64,000 nt of DNA from Nitrosopumilus sp. (GCA_965207075.1 CBDBLO010000002.1:320001-384000); one strand, 5' to 3'; positions 28,070 to 39,625 are shown, counted from the first letter of the stretch. The notes: generated from the letters alone by a model not told the origin. Translations and numbers: made by a program.

Positions 28070-30196
28070 TCAGTTTGACTTTTTCCAGACAAACTGGTTG
28101 TAGATCATCTCCGGCCTCAGCTGCCTGAACTCGTGCCCGCCGCCGTCGTACCACTTTGTAAAGAACTCGTACAGGTGCAGCCTCAGGGACTGTATGTAGA
28201 CGATGAGCCCCTCTATCATCATGATCCCGATGTTGCCGCCTATTATCATGACCCACGCGCCTATCGCGTCGGGGCCGCCAAGCGAGTAGAACGAGTTGTT
28301 GACCGTAAGCAGCAGGGCCGCGTGCACCAGCAGCATGATCCCTATCCGGGCGTAGCTGATGGTGTGCGCCAGACTCTCGATGGTCTTGCCCAGGAATACC
28401 TCCATTATCACGTTGGCCGCCGAGCCGCCCTCCTCCGGGTGCCTCTTTGCGTGCATCAGCCCGCCTATCATCATCATTGCCATCGACGCAATTACCGTTA
28501 CCACGGCGATCCTCGTCACTATCCAGACCTGCGCCCACTCGCCCAGAAACACGGTAACCCACGGGACCGTCTCCGTGTGCGTCCTGGAGTACATGTTCAT
28601 CACGTCGTACTGGGAGCCTATCGCGCACATCATTATCACGACGATCCCGCCGTACAGCGTGATGTTCGGGAGCGCCTCCATGTACAGGGCGATCTTCTTG
28701 CCCTCCCTGGCTAGGCGCTTTATGCGCAGGATCATCGCCCACAGCAGGTGCACTATCCCTATGAACAGCGACACCTTTAGTATGTCGATCACCTGCTCAA
28801 ACGTCAGCTCCGCGACCGATATCACTCCCACGATCCAGCTGATCGGGTACAGGGCGCCGCCCTCGGCCAGCAGTCCTGTAAACGGGCCCATGGCGGCTAT
28901 GTGGTGCCCGAACACCTCCCCCGTGCCCACGCCGGCGATCGCCGACGCGGCCCCGGATATTGCAAGCAGCATGCCCCACCTTGAGAGGTTGCCCTGGCCC
29001 TTTGCCTTGAAGAGCAGCCCCATCCCCATGAGGAGCAGCCCGTGCCCCAGGTCGGCGAACATTATGCCGTAGAAGATGGGCCACATCAGCGCAATCATCG
29101 GCGTGGGATCCGCCTCGCCCTTTTTTGGAATCCCCTGGCTGTTGGTTATGGTCTCAAACGTCCGTATGAACCGCTTGTTGTCGTACAGGGTGGGGGCCTG
29201 CTCTATCAGCTTGGGGTCGGTGAGCTCCTCGACTATGGCAGTCCACCTGCCCGCTATCTTTTGGAACTTGGCCTCCATCTTTGCGGGTATGTACCCCTGG
29301 ATCAGCGCAAAGTGCTTTGTGCCGGACGGCTTTCTGAGCGTCTCCAGCATCTCCTTTGCCACCCTCGCCTCCTCGTGCAGGGCAAGCATGTCGCGCCTCG
29401 TCCTCTTTGCCATCTGCGCGACCTCCTTTGCGTTTGCCTTCTGCTTGGCGGCCAGCTCCTTGATCTTTGACTCTGCCAGGGCGTGGGCCTTTGAGGGCAC
29501 CTGCGGCATCCCCTCCGGGATGGCAAACGGGTTTGCGTTAAAGCTCCTGAATATCTTTAGTATCTTCTCAGAGTCGGCTGCCCCCCCTATTACCAGCGCG
29601 GCGGACCTTCCGCCCTTCTTTTTTGACGACGACAGGTCATACCTGTACGACGTAACAGACGGCGCCGCGCCCTCAAGCGACCTTGCAATCTCGTCATAGT
29701 CCGACGCGTCAATCACGAACAGGTTTGCGTAAAAGTACCGCATGAGCCCGAATCCGGACAGGTCGATCTCAAGCCTCTTTGCGATCCCTATGGTGTCCCT
29801 CAGCGAGGTGTACTCGTCTAGCGCGCGCTTTGTGTCCGCGCGCTCCTCCAGCAGCCGCGCCGCGCCGGATATCACGCCGGGCGCCTCCTTGGCGAGGTGG
29901 CCCACCATCTCGGCTACCTCGTCAAGCTCGTAGTCCTTCTTCTTGATCATGGTGCCCTTGAACAGTATCTCCAGCATGCCGACTGTGGGCGGTATCCCGA
30001 GCCCCTTTACCACGTCGTCCACCGACTGGTAGGTCTTTTGGGCCTCCAGCAGCAGGTCGTCTATCTCCGGCGTGACTATGTCGTGCTCGCCGTCGATCTT
30101 GTGGAACCACTCAAACTCCGCCAGCCTCGATATGGCGGCCGGGGACTCGCTTCTTGGCAAGATTACGCTCCCCAGCTTTAGCTCCGCCAGACCCAA
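28070..30196 (-). CDS. atpI: A-type ATP synthase subunit I
   Basis: PIFYGIMFADLGHG, HTISYARI, QSLRLHLYEFFTKWY. Confidence 0.96.
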   Translation of the reverse strand: MGLAELKLGSVILPRSESPAAISRLAEFEWFHKIDGEHDIVTPEIDDLLLEAQKTYQSVDDVVKGLGIPPTVGMLEILFKGTMIKKKDYELDEVAEMVGHLAKEAPGVISGAARLLEERADTKRALDEYTSLRDTIGIAKRLEIDLSGFGLMRYFYANLFVIDASDYDEIARSLEGAAPSVTSYRYDLSSSKKKGGRSAALVIGGAADSEKILKIFRSFNANPFAIPEGMPQVPSKAHALAESKIKELAAKQKANAKEVAQMAKRTRRDMLALHEEARVAKEMLETLRKPSGTKHFALIQGYIPAKMEAKFQKIAGRWTAIVEELTDPKLIEQAPTLYDNKRFIRTFETITNSQGIPKKGEADPTPMIALMWPIFYGIMFADLGHGLLLMGMGLLFKAKGQGNLSRWGMLLAISGAASAIAGVGTGEVFGHHIAAMGPFTGLLAEGGALYPISWIVGVISVAELTFEQVIDILKVSLFIGIVHLLWAMILRIKRLAREGKKIALYMEALPNITLYGGIVVIMMCAIGSQYDVMNMYSRTHTETVPWVTVFLGEWAQVWIVTRIAVVTVIASMAMMMIGGLMHAKRHPEEGGSAANVIMEVFLGKTIESLAHTISYARIGIMLLVHAALLLTVNNSFYSLGGPDAIGAWVMIIGGNIGIMMIEGLIVYIQSLRLHLYEFFTKWYDGGGHEFRQLRPEMIYNQFVWKKSN

Positions 30197-30346
30197 GATG
30201 CTTGGCCCGTAGACTGCTGTGTTTTAATACCTTTGCAAGGGGGGACGCCCCGGCGGGACTAATTCTGCCTGTGTAACGGCGCCGCCGCCCGCCGGGGGCC
30301 GGAAAACTTCAAAACATTAAAATCCATTATTCCAAGATGGACGGCC

Positions 30347-30961
30347 ATGACGGCATCAGGGCCCGTGGCGCAGCTGGAACAGACCATTGACAAGATCATA
30401 CGCCAGACCGAGGAGGAGATACTCTCCGGAATGGAGTCGGCCGCGGGACAGTCGAGCCAGGCGCTTGACGATGCCATACCCGCGCTGGAGCAGGAGTACG
30501 AGAAGATAATCGCCGACGGCAGGAAGGAGGCCGACAAGATCAGCCGCCAGATCGTGGGCTCGGCCGATCTGGAGGTGCGCAACCGGCAGCTGCTGGCGCT
30601 CGAGGACGCGGTCGACGGCGTCTTTGTGCGCGCCCTCGAGGAGGTGGCCGCGGCCGACCGCAACGGGTCGGACTATGCGGCGCTCCTGCGCTCGCTCTTG
30701 GCCGAGGCCGTGTCGGTTCTGGGTTTGTCTGACGTCGTAGTGCATGCGAGCGCGCAGGACCGGGACGCGGTACAGGGCATACTGTCCTCTGACTATGCGG
30801 GCGCCGAACTGGCGCCAGAGCCGCTTGGCTGCATGGGCGGGGTCCGGATCCAGTCAAAGGACGGGGCCATGACGTTTGACAACACGCTTGACGCGAGGAT
30901 AGAGCGCCTCAAGCCTTTAATTAGGAAGGGAATCGCATCCAAATTCGGAGCAGGCAACTGA
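30347..30961 (+). CDS. atpE: A-type ATP synthase subunit E
   Basis: Coiled-coil N-terminus, MGGVRI..DG...FDNTLDAR. First gene of the E-A-B-D run. Confidence 0.92.
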   Translation: MTASGPVAQLEQTIDKIIRQTEEEILSGMESAAGQSSQALDDAIPALEQEYEKIIADGRKEADKISRQIVGSADLEVRNRQLLALEDAVDGVFVRALEEVAAADRNGSDYAALLRSLLAEAVSVLGLSDVVVHASAQDRDAVQGILSSDYAGAELAPEPLGCMGGVRIQSKDGAMTFDNTLDARIERLKPLIRKGIASKFGAGN

Positions 30962-30962
30962 G

Positions 30963-32777
30963 ATGGCGGCGCGGGGCAGGATTGTATGGGTAAGCGGCCC
31001 TGCCGTAAAGGCCGACGGCATGTCGGATGCAAAGATGTACGAGACCGTGGTGGTAGGAGAGGCGAAGCTGGTCGGCGAGGTCATCAGGCTTACCGGGGAC
31101 GTTGCATTCATTCAGGTTTACGAGTCGACAAGTGGGTTGAAGCCGGGCGAGCCGGTGGTAGGGACGGGCAACCCGCTCAGCGTCCTGCTGGGGCCCGGCA
31201 TCATAGGGCAGCTGTACGACGGAATCCAGAGGCCTCTGAGGGAGCTCTCCAAAGCATCGGGGTCGTTCATCGGCAGGGGCATCACCACCACCCCGGTAGA
31301 CATGGCCAAAAAGTACCACTTTGTCCCGAGCGTGTCAGTCGGGGACGAGGTCGCGGCGGGCAACGTGATAGGAACCGTCCAGGAGACCGATCTCATTGAT
31401 CATTCCATAATGGTGCCGCCGGATCATCCGGGCGGCAGGATTGCAAGCGTGGTGCCGGAGGGCGACTACGATCTGGAGGTAGATCTTGCCACAGTCGAGT
31501 CCGCCGCCAGCAGCGGCGGTGACGACGGCAGCAGCAGCGGCGCACCGGCCGAGCCGCTCAGGATGTACCACAGGTGGCCCGTGCGAAAGCCCAGGCCGTA
31601 CAAGGACAGGTACGACCCGACCGTTCCGCTCCTGACGGGGCAGCGCGTGATAGATACGTTCTTTCCGATCGCAAAGGGCGGCACCGGCTCGATTCCGGGC
31701 GCATTCGGGACGGGCAAGACCGTCACGCTCCACCAGATAGCAAAGTGGGCCGACTCGCAGGTCGTCGTGTACATCGGATGCGGCGAGCGCGGAAACGAGA
31801 TGACAGAGGTGCTAGTCGAGTTCCCCCACCTGACGGATCCCAGAAGCGGCAAGCCGCTCATGGACCGCACGGTCTTGGTGGCAAACACGAGCAACATGCC
31901 GGTGGCCGCGAGGGAGGCGAGCATCTACACGGGGGTTACGATTGCCGAGTATTACAGGGACATGGGCAAGGACGTCGTTCTGGTCGCGGACTCCACGAGC
32001 AGGTGGGCCGAGGCGCTCAGGGAGATGAGCGGCAGGCTCGAGGAGATGCCCGCCGAGGAGGGCTATCCGTCGTATCTGGCGTCCCGGCTTGCGGAGTTCT
32101 ACGAGAGGGCAGGTCGCGTGAGGGCGGCCGGCAGCCCCGACAGGGACGGCTCGGTCACGCTGGTGGGCGCCGTCTCGCCGTCCGGCGGCGACTTTACGGA
32201 GCCGGTCACGACCCACACCATGAGGTTCATAAAGACATTCTGGGCGCTCGACGCCAAGCTCGCCTACTCTAGGCACTATCCGTCCATCAACTGGATGAAC
32301 AGTTACTCTGGGTATCTGGCCGACATCGCGAAATGGTGGGGACAGAACGTCAGCGAGGACTGGCTCGACCTCAGGTCCGACGCGTACGGCATACTGCAGC
32401 GCGAGGACACACTCAAGGAGATCGTCCGGCTGCTCGGCCCCGAGGCCCTCCCAGACGAGGAGAAGCTAATCCTCGAGGTGGCCAGGATGATCAAGATCGG
32501 ACTGCTGCAGCAGAACTCGTTTGACGACGTCGACACGTACTGCAGCCCCGACAAGCAGTACCGCCTGCTGAAGATGCTGGTGGAGTTCTACAAGAGGGGG
32601 CAGACGGCGCTAAAGGAGGGCGCGGGGCTGGCCGACATCAGGGCCCTGCCGATTATAGGGTCGCTGCTAAAGGCCAGGATGGAGATAAAGGACGAGGAGA
32701 CCCAGAAGCTTGACCAGCTCGGAGCACAGATGGCCGAGCAGTTCCAGGGAATAACGGGGGTAAAGGTTCCAAGTTGA
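30963..32777 (+). CDS. atpA: A-type ATP synthase subunit A
   Basis: [37 protein letters not shown]. No intein visible. Confidence 0.98.
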   Translation: MAARGRIVWVSGPAVKADGMSDAKMYETVVVGEAKLVGEVIRLTGDVAFIQVYESTSGLKPGEPVVGTGNPLSVLLGPGIIGQLYDGIQRPLRELSKASGSFIGRGITTTPVDMAKKYHFVPSVSVGDEVAAGNVIGTVQETDLIDHSIMVPPDHPGGRIASVVPEGDYDLEVDLATVESAASSGGDDGSSSGAPAEPLRMYHRWPVRKPRPYKDRYDPTVPLLTGQRVIDTFFPIAKGGTGSIPGAFGTGKTVTLHQIAKWADSQVVVYIGCGERGNEMTEVLVEFPHLTDPRSGKPLMDRTVLVANTSNMPVAAREASIYTGVTIAEYYRDMGKDVVLVADSTSRWAEALREMSGRLEEMPAEEGYPSYLASRLAEFYERAGRVRAAGSPDRDGSVTLVGAVSPSGGDFTEPVTTHTMRFIKTFWALDAKLAYSRHYPSINWMNSYSGYLADIAKWWGQNVSEDWLDLRSDAYGILQREDTLKEIVRLLGPEALPDEEKLILEVARMIKIGLLQQNSFDDVDTYCSPDKQYRLLKMLVEFYKRGQTALKEGAGLADIRALPIIGSLLKARMEIKDEETQKLDQLGAQMAEQFQGITGVKVPS

Positions 32778-34189
32778 GCGGTTCTGAGGCGGCGGCTGCC
32801 GCAGCCAACAAGGGCGGCGTCCAGTACAGCAAGATTGCCGAGATAAAGGGGCCCCTCGTCATCGTAGACGACGTGGAGAACGCCGCGTTCGACGAACTGG
32901 TCGAGGTGGAGACCCGCGACGGCGAGAAGCGGCTGGGCAAGGTGCTCGAGGTGGGCAACGGCAAGGCCATAGTGCAGGTGTTTGAGGGGACCACTGGACT
33001 GTCCGTATCGGGGACCAACGCAAAGTTCGTGGGCAAGGTGATGGAGATGCCCGTCTCAAGGGAGGTGCTGGGCCGCGTCTTTGACGGGCTCGGGCGCCCA
33101 AAGGACGGCCTGCCGGACCCGATAGCGGACAGGTTCATCGACATCAACGGCGAGCCGATGAATCCGGAGCAGCGCGAATACCCCAAGGACTTCATACAGA
33201 CCGGCGTCTCGGTCATAGACGGCATGATCACCCTCGTACGGGGGCAGAAGCTTCCGATATTCTCGGGCTCCGGCATGTCGCACAACCTGCTTGCGGCCCA
33301 GATCGCGCGGCAGGCCGCGGTAATCGGCACGGACGACGAGTTTGCGGTGGTGTTTGCTGCCATCGGCGTCCAGTACAGCGAGGCCGAGTACTTCAAGCGC
33401 AGCCTAGAGGAGTCTGGCGCGCTGAAGAGGAGCGTGCTGTTCCTCAACCTAGCCGACGATCCGGCAATAGAGCGCATCATCACGCCGCGCGTGGCGCTCA
33501 CCGTGGCGGAGTACCTGGCATTCGATCTCGGGATGCACGTCCTGGTTATCCTTACCGACATGACGAACTACGCGGAGGCCCTCCGGGAGATCAGCGCGGC
33601 GCGGGAGGAGGTTCCCGGGCGCAAGGGATATCCCGGATACCTGTACACCGACCTGTCGACCATATACGAGAGGGCCGGCAAGCTGGTGGGCAAGAAGGGC
33701 AGCGTCACGCAGGTGCCCATCCTGTCCATGCCGTCTGATGACATTACGCACCCGATACCCGACCTGACCGGATACATCACGGAGGGGCAGATAGTGCTCG
33801 GCAGGGACCTGTTCAGGCAAGGCGTCTACCCGCCGGTCAATATACTGATGAGCCTCAGCCGCCTGATGAAAGACGGCATCGGCGAGGGCAGCACCCGCGA
33901 GGACCACGGCGAGATATCCAACCAGAACTACGACGCGTACTCTAGGGCGCAGGAGGTCAGGGCGCTTGCCGGCATAGTGGGCAAGGCCGGGCTTACCGAG
34001 ATCGACCTCAAGTATATGGGCGTGGGCGACACGTTTGAGAAGGAGTTCCTGTCCCAGTCCATAGACGAGAACCGCAACGTGGACGAGACGCTCTCAATCC
34101 TGTGGAAGGTGGTCTCGCAGCTGCCCAAAAACGAGCTTACGAAGGTAAAGGACAAGTACATGGACCAGTACTACCAGGGTACCGACTGA
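32774..34189 (+). CDS. atpB: A-type ATP synthase subunit B
   Basis: [34 protein letters not shown]. Confidence 0.98.
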   Translation: MSGSEAAAAAANKGGVQYSKIAEIKGPLVIVDDVENAAFDELVEVETRDGEKRLGKVLEVGNGKAIVQVFEGTTGLSVSGTNAKFVGKVMEMPVSREVLGRVFDGLGRPKDGLPDPIADRFIDINGEPMNPEQREYPKDFIQTGVSVIDGMITLVRGQKLPIFSGSGMSHNLLAAQIARQAAVIGTDDEFAVVFAAIGVQYSEAEYFKRSLEESGALKRSVLFLNLADDPAIERIITPRVALTVAEYLAFDLGMHVLVILTDMTNYAEALREISAAREEVPGRKGYPGYLYTDLSTIYERAGKLVGKKGSVTQVPILSMPSDDITHPIPDLTGYITEGQIVLGRDLFRQGVYPPVNILMSLSRLMKDGIGEGSTREDHGEISNQNYDAYSRAQEVRALAGIVGKAGLTEIDLKYMGVGDTFEKEFLSQSIDENRNVDETLSILWKVVSQLPKNELTKVKDKYMDQYYQGTD

Positions 34190-34206
34190 GAAGAGGTGGC
34201 GCGCCC

Positions 34207-34839
34207 ATGTCCTTTGGCCAGAACGTCGCTGCAACCAAGATCGAGCTCCTAAAGTACAAGCGCTCAAGCCAGGTTGCCACCATGGTCCAGAAGATACTCG
34301 ATGACAAGCGCAAGGTGCTGCTCAAGAACATAGAGGAGATGATAGACGAGGCCTCCAAGGCGCGCGGCGGCATATGGGACCCGCTCCAGGACATCTACAG
34401 GTCCGTCAACGAGGCGTACCTGGCCCTCGGGACGTCCACGGTCGACACGGTTGCAGAGTCCACCCCGCCCATAATGCAGGTCGACGTGTCGGTGCGCCGC
34501 GTGGTGGACGTAAAGATACCGGCGCTCTCGGTCACCGAAAAGGACGACGCGGGCATGCCGTACGGGTTTGCCGACACCAACTCCTCGATAGACAGGGGCG
34601 CAAAGCAGATCAAGGAGCTGCTGCCGAGCATATGCAAGGCCGCAGAGTACGAGAACTCGATATTCAGCCTGGCAAAGGCGCTCGAGAAGACCCAAAAGCT
34701 GCTCAACGCCCTCGAGAACGTGATCATACCCCAGTACCAGCAGCGCATCAGGTTCATACTTGCGACGCTGGAGGAGCGTGAACGCGAAGAGTTCGCAAAG
34801 TTAAAAAAAGTCAAGGCGGCCATGGAGAGTAGAAAGTAG
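34207..34839 (+). CDS. atpD: A-type ATP synthase subunit D
   Basis: ATKIELL, LDDKR, NALENVIIP, LEEREREEF. Confidence 0.95.
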   Translation: MSFGQNVAATKIELLKYKRSSQVATMVQKILDDKRKVLLKNIEEMIDEASKARGGIWDPLQDIYRSVNEAYLALGTSTVDTVAESTPPIMQVDVSVRRVVDVKIPALSVTEKDDAGMPYGFADTNSSIDRGAKQIKELLPSICKAAEYENSIFSLAKALEKTQKLLNALENVIIPQYQQRIRFILATLEEREREEFAKLKKVKAAMESRK

Positions 34840-34840
34840 C

Positions 34841-34978
34841 ATGCCAAGGGACGACATCAGGGATCTTGTAAAGGACTCCAAGAAATCGGTGGAGCAGGAC
34901 CGCAAAAAGTTCGCGGACTCTGTAAGGAAAGATCTAGAGTCGTTCAAGAAAAAGGCCCTCGAGGACATCAGCAGCTGA
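34841..34978 (+). CDS. Small charged helical protein (45 aa) in the atp cluster, absent from the ORF track
   Basis: MPRDDIRDLVKDSKKSVEQDRKKFADSVRKDLESFKKKALEDISS*. Starts 1 nt after the atpD stop, with host-like codons. Confidence 0.65.
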   Translation: MPRDDIRDLVKDSKKSVEQDRKKFADSVRKDLESFKKKALEDISS

Positions 34979-35103
34979 GCCTGCCGCCCGTCCGATCCGC
35001 GCACGCGTTGTTCCCGCCCTGCCTGCAAAGCAGCGCCGCCGCGCTTTTGCCCCAACTTGTTATCATGATTTAAATAAGGACTTTCGAGAGGCCACAACAT
35101 AAC

Positions 35104-35415
35104 ATGAAGCCAATAACGCTGGTACTTTTTGCAATAGCGGCAATATCGGTTGTCGGCTCGACCGGCCTTGCATATGCTGCTGAGGACGGCGCATCATCGA
35201 CAGGCTCCGACTCTATGAAGATCCTCGGAGCCGGGCTGGCCTTTGGTCTTGCGGCCTTTGGTGCAGGAATCGGCCTCGGCCAGGTAGGAGCGGCAGGACT
35301 TGCTGTAATCAGTGAGAACCCGGCACTACAGTCAAAGGTGTTCATCTTTATAGGCATGGTAGAGTCGATCGCCATATACGGCATCGTCATGATGTTCATC
35401 ATCCTGGGACAGTAA
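35104..35415 (+). CDS. atpK: A-type ATP synthase proteolipid subunit K (c)
   Basis: Single hairpin GAGIGLG...ENP...VESIAIYG with a signal-like N-terminal extension. Own TATA TTTAAATA at about 35069-35076. Confidence 0.95.
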   Translation: MKPITLVLFAIAAISVVGSTGLAYAAEDGASSTGSDSMKILGAGLAFGLAAFGAGIGLGQVGAAGLAVISENPALQSKVFIFIGMVESIAIYGIVMMFIILGQ

Positions 35416-35510
35416 GGCTCGCGGTACTTTCTTCCTATCCACAAATTTTTCTCTCTAGTGTTGTGCGGCCAGCCGCGCGGCCGGCCCCATGCGGCGCGCC
35501 CGCCGGGCTG

Positions 35511-35972
35511 CTAGTTGTACCTGAGCCTGTCCACGTCGAGGGTTCTCGAGCAGTACCTGCACCTGAGCACCCGCCCCTCCCTGTCTATCACGTCCATTAC
35601 GGACTCTATCTTTTCTGCGCTGTTGGTGACGCAGTCGGGGTTGCCGCACCTGAATATGCGGTCGATCTCGTTTGGCAGCGAGACGCGGCGCTTCTCGACG
35701 AGCCTGTATTCCTTTATCATGTTGATGGTGGCCTTGGGGGCTATGACCGCCAGCTTGTTGGTGTCGTCGTCCTTGAGGAACCTGCCCTCCACCTTTATGA
35801 TGTCCTTTTTCTTGAACTTGCCGCTCGGTACGTTGAGGGCTATGGTAATCAGGCTGCCGTCGCTGCCGTCTATCTGCAGGGCGTCAAGCACCTTGAGGCC
35901 CATCCCCTCGTCTATGTGGTCTATCACGGTGCCCTCCCTTATCCGCCTTACAAGCAGCTCGGACTGCTCCAT
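35511..35972 (-). CDS. pyrI: Aspartate carbamoyltransferase regulatory subunit
   Basis: IREGTVIDHI, KKDIIK, CGNPDCVT, CRYC. Confidence 0.96.
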   Translation of the reverse strand: MEQSELLVRRIREGTVIDHIDEGMGLKVLDALQIDGSDGSLITIALNVPSGKFKKKDIIKVEGRFLKDDDTNKLAVIAPKATINMIKEYRLVEKRRVSLPNEIDRIFRCGNPDCVTNSAEKIESVMDVIDREGRVLRCRYCSRTLDVDRLRYN

Positions 35973-36000
35973 CAAAATATTTTATACTCACCTCTATATA

Positions 36001-36957
36001 ATGCTGAAAGTGGACAAACACGACTCGGAAAACGGGTTCTACCGGCGCGACGTCATATCGGTAAAGGATCTCGACCGCGCGCAGTTTGAGACCCTGTTTG
36101 CCGCCACGGAGCGCGTCATGAGCATGACGCCCGAGCAGCGCAGGACGCTCTGCGCCGGCTCCACCCTGGGGTACCTCTTTTACGAGCCGAGCACGAGGAC
36201 GAGGCTGAGCTTTGACGCGGCGATGGCCTCCGTGGGCGGCAGCTCGCTTGGCATATCGGACGTCTCCTCGTCGTCCGCGCACAAGGGCGAGAGCCTTGCA
36301 GACACGGTGCGCATGATGTCGATCTATTCTGACGTGCTGGTGCTGCGGCACAAGCTGGACGGCTCCAGCAGGTTTGCATCCGAGGTGTCCTCAAAGCCCG
36401 TCATCAACGCGGGAAGCGGCACAGAGGAGCACCCGACACAGGCAATCCAGGACCTCTTCACCATCAGGCAGGAGAAGAGGAAGATAGACGGGCTGAAGAT
36501 AGGGATAATCGGGGACCTAAAGTACGGCCGCACCGTATACTCGCTGCTGTACGGCCTCGGTAACTATGACGTGGACGTGCGGCTGATCTCGCCAGAGCCC
36601 CTCAAGATCAGGTCGGACTCCACCTACGAGATCAGAAAGAGGCTCGAGTTTGTGGAATCCTCGGACATATCGGACCACATAGAGGAGCTTGACGTGCTGT
36701 ATGTCACCAGGATACAAAAGGAGAGGTTCCCGGACGCCGAGGAGTACCTCAAGGTAAAGGGGAGCTACGTGGTGGGGCTTGACATGCTGCGCCAGATGAA
36801 GAGGGACGCGATAATAATGCACCCGCTGCCGCGCGTCGACGAGATATCGCCGGACGTGGACGCGACTGACAATGCAAAATACTTTAGGCAGGCCGAGTAC
36901 GGAATGCACACGCGCGCGGCGCTACTGGCCGTCATGCTGAACGAGAAGGGCGTCTGA
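36001..36957 (+). CDS. pyrB: Aspartate carbamoyltransferase catalytic subunit
   Basis: FYEPSTRT, HPTQ, GDLKYGRT, MHPLPR. Start is ATG 36001 or GTG 36010. Confidence 0.97.
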   Translation: MLKVDKHDSENGFYRRDVISVKDLDRAQFETLFAATERVMSMTPEQRRTLCAGSTLGYLFYEPSTRTRLSFDAAMASVGGSSLGISDVSSSSAHKGESLADTVRMMSIYSDVLVLRHKLDGSSRFASEVSSKPVINAGSGTEEHPTQAIQDLFTIRQEKRKIDGLKIGIIGDLKYGRTVYSLLYGLGNYDVDVRLISPEPLKIRSDSTYEIRKRLEFVESSDISDHIEELDVLYVTRIQKERFPDAEEYLKVKGSYVVGLDMLRQMKRDAIIMHPLPRVDEISPDVDATDNAKYFRQAEYGMHTRAALLAVMLNEKGV

Positions 36958-37129
36958 GCGGCGCCGCGCCGGCCGTCGTACGATCTGCGCTTGTGCCCGC
37001 CCATGCTCTCGCCCCCGCCCCCACTGCCGTCATCAGGGCCACGTACCGTCTCCCGCTTCCCCCGCAATGACCCTCGGCATCGCCCCGGCTGCTTGATATA
37101 TACGCCTGAACTAGCGCCGTATCCTTGGC

Positions 37130-37849
37130 GTGCCGACAGAAAAGGTTATCCCGATATTCCCGCTTGACTTGGTGCTCTTCCCCCGGCAGGAGCTTCCGCT
37201 GCGCGTCTTTGAGCCGCGGTACAAGCAGCTTGTGGATGACTGCATGCTGGGGGACGGGCAGTTCGGGGCGTGTCTGGTAAGGGACGGCGGATCCGTGCTT
37301 GGATGGAGCATGCCGCACTCGGTCGGGACCATCGCCAAGATCATAAGGTGCAAGGACGTCGGGCTTGACGGGCTGCAGCTGCAGATAGAGACCGTCGGGC
37401 GTAACCCGTTTCGCATAAACGAGATTATAGAACCGTCCATACCACAGCCCCGGGACTATGACCCGCTGTCTGCAGAAGGGCACGAGATCGTATCCGAGAT
37501 GAACGACAAGATGGGCTCGGGCGGCAAGATGTACATCCGCGCCAAGGTTACGATGCTGCCTGAGATCGACGGCAGCATCCCGCTTGACTCGTGGGAGAAC
37601 CTGGTCTTTTTGTGGAAGAAGAACATAAAACACCAGGCGACGTCCGACGACGTCACGCCCGGCGCGCTTGACGAGATGCTGAGGCGCTTTTACCTCGCCA
37701 CGGACACCCCCACCGCGGAGTACGTGTACAGCCTGTGCGCGCTCGCGTCCACGGGCCCCGTCGATCTCCAGGACCTGCTGGAGGCCGAATCGGCCGGCGA
37801 CCTTCTGGGAAGGGCCGAGCGCCTGATGAGGCGCGGCTTGTCCGCCTAG
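37130..37849 (+). CDS. LON peptidase substrate-binding (N-terminal) domain protein
   Basis: IPIFPL..VLFP...LPLRVFEPRY, VGTIAKI. Confidence 0.88.
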   Translation: MPTEKVIPIFPLDLVLFPRQELPLRVFEPRYKQLVDDCMLGDGQFGACLVRDGGSVLGWSMPHSVGTIAKIIRCKDVGLDGLQLQIETVGRNPFRINEIIEPSIPQPRDYDPLSAEGHEIVSEMNDKMGSGGKMYIRAKVTMLPEIDGSIPLDSWENLVFLWKKNIKHQATSDDVTPGALDEMLRRFYLATDTPTAEYVYSLCALASTGPVDLQDLLEAESAGDLLGRAERLMRRGLSA

Positions 37850-38101
37850 GCCCCCCATAGCGGTGGTCTGGCCTGCCCGCAAGGGCCCGCGCGGCCGGCG
37901 TGTGCGGCAGACCGCGCGCTGGAAAATTAACTAGTTATACCTCAGAATACAGCACAAGGGCGAGAAGGTTTGGTTTGTGGGCATGACGGCGTTTTGCGTG
38001 TACGGCACGGTTCGGGCCGCGCCGCGGCAGCCCCCGAAGCCGGCAGCCCCCGCATGATTGCGCGCGGCCGCGTCGGGCGCGACAGGCATGGCAAGGGCGC
38101 C

Positions 38102-39625
38102 ATGCAGCTCTCGGGAACCGGCCGGATGCCGCCGACGCCTGCAGTGGTAGTGATGGCGGTCGCGGTAGCCGCACTGTTCGCGGTAGCCGCACCGCAGCCC
38201 CTTCCGGACGTGCCGCTCCCGCCACACGATGGCGCGCCGACCGCCCCCGGGTCGGTGCTGGGAGGCATTATACTGCCCCCGGCATACGGGCACGGACTGG
38301 GGCTTGACCGCATACCGTCAGTCGTGGCCGGGGACCAAAAGATCGTGATACACGTCGAGATGCCACAGGAGCTTGCGGACAATTCGGCCACGGAACGAAT
38401 CACCATCACTGCCACGGACGCCACGACACGCCAGCCTGCCGGGGGGGACATCATATACCGGCTTGGCGCATCGCACGGCGGCCAGACGGTATTCCGGGAC
38501 TACTTTCTTGCGCCTGACGGCGTGCTTGCGCTTGACGTGGAGGCCGCCCGCGGCGACAACCCGGTCATAGTCGGGGAGCGGGGCGGCGGCGGGCCCCTTC
38601 CTGACGCATGGCGCCCCGCCGGCGACAACCCGGTCAGGATAGACGGATCCGCCTTTGGCCACGGCGGGCTCTACACCTTTGATGTCGCAGTGCATGCCAT
38701 AGGGGGGGACGTGATTACAGAGTCCGACACGTATTATGCCGATCTGAGCATCATCGAGTCCGCAGCCCATGCTGGAACCGGCTCTGACGGAAGCCCGGTC
38801 GCATTCGGAACAAAATCCTACTTTGATCAGATTGAAAGCCTCGAGTACAACGCCGAGTCGGGCCTCATAACCATCGTAATGCCGTTTGACTGGAGCGAGG
38901 CCCGGATGTCGCACATACCGGTGGTTCACGTGGAGACGCACTTCCCAAAGGGCTTTCTAGAGTTCCACTCGCCGGGCTACGAGGGATACGCCAACGGCGT
39001 AAAGCTCTTCAGGGCGTCGGTCATCACGGACGACTACACGCTGGAGGACGAGAGGATAGTGCATTTCGTCCTCCTTCAGGATCACACAAGATTTATCAAG
39101 AACGAGATGAAGAAGACCGGCGAGCCGTTCCCGGACAGCATCACGTTCACGCTCGCCATGGCCGAGGAGCTGGAGTTCCCGCTGGTCGCATACACGATAA
39201 GCGAGGAGTTTCTCGTCAACCTGTCGTGGGATCCGCCTGAGATACTTCCCGGGGAGGAGACCACGTTCGTGTTTACCATACGCGACGGGCGGACCGGCGA
39301 GCCGCTCCGGAACTCGGATTACACGTTTGTGATAGAGCAGGGCGGAGACGAGATACACCGCACGTCGGGCCAGGCGCGAATCGGGGGGCAGTTTGTAAAG
39401 TTCACCTTTGCCGAGGATCAGACGGGGCCCACCACGATAAAGTTCGAGGATATACGCGGTACCGGGCAGGAGACCGAGTTTGGCATTCTGGTGGTGCCCG
39501 AGTTTGGGGCGGTCGCGGCAGCGATGCTTGCAGCGGCCGGCGCCACTGCCGTCGCAATGTATGCCGCGTCAAGATATAACGTGCGCGCGAAACGCGCAGA
39601 ACCGGCGCTGCTGCCTGCCGCGTAA
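38102..39625 (+). CDS. Secreted PEFG-CTERM protein (N-terminal-His paralog 1)
   Basis: Hydrophobic leader ending AYG-HGLG. C-terminal VVPEFG + TM + basic tail. Start uncertain. Confidence 0.85.
   Translation: MQLSGTGRMPPTPAVVVMAVAVAALFAVAAPQPLPDVPLPPHDGAPTAPGSVLGGIILPPAYGHGLGLDRIPSVVAGDQKIVIHVEMPQELADNSATERITITATDATTRQPAGGDIIYRLGASHGGQTVFRDYFLAPDGVLALDVEAARGDNPVIVGERGGGGPLPDAWRPAGDNPVRIDGSAFGHGGLYTFDVAVHAIGGDVITESDTYYADLSIIESAAHAGTGSDGSPVAFGTKSYFDQIESLEYNAESGLITIVMPFDWSEARMSHIPVVHVETHFPKGFLEFHSPGYEGYANGVKLFRASVITDDYTLEDERIVHFVLLQDHTRFIKNEMKKTGEPFPDSITFTLAMAEELEFPLVAYTISEEFLVNLSWDPPEILPGEETTFVFTIRDGRTGEPLRNSDYTFVIEQGGDEIHRTSGQARIGGQFVKFTFAEDQTGPTTIKFEDIRGTGQETEFGILVVPEFGAVAAAMLAAAGATAVAMYAASRYNVRAKRAEPALLPAA

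Noticed and set aside
30963-32777. Intein in AtpA (also considered for Cdc48)
   Set aside because: Lengths are normal and no Cys...His-Asn intein boundaries are visible. Only a short Gly/Ser insertion is present.
35515-36000. Apparent 160-aa N-terminal extension on PyrB (480-aa ORF)
   Set aside because: It is the antisense of pyrI. The PyrB homology starts at about 36001.
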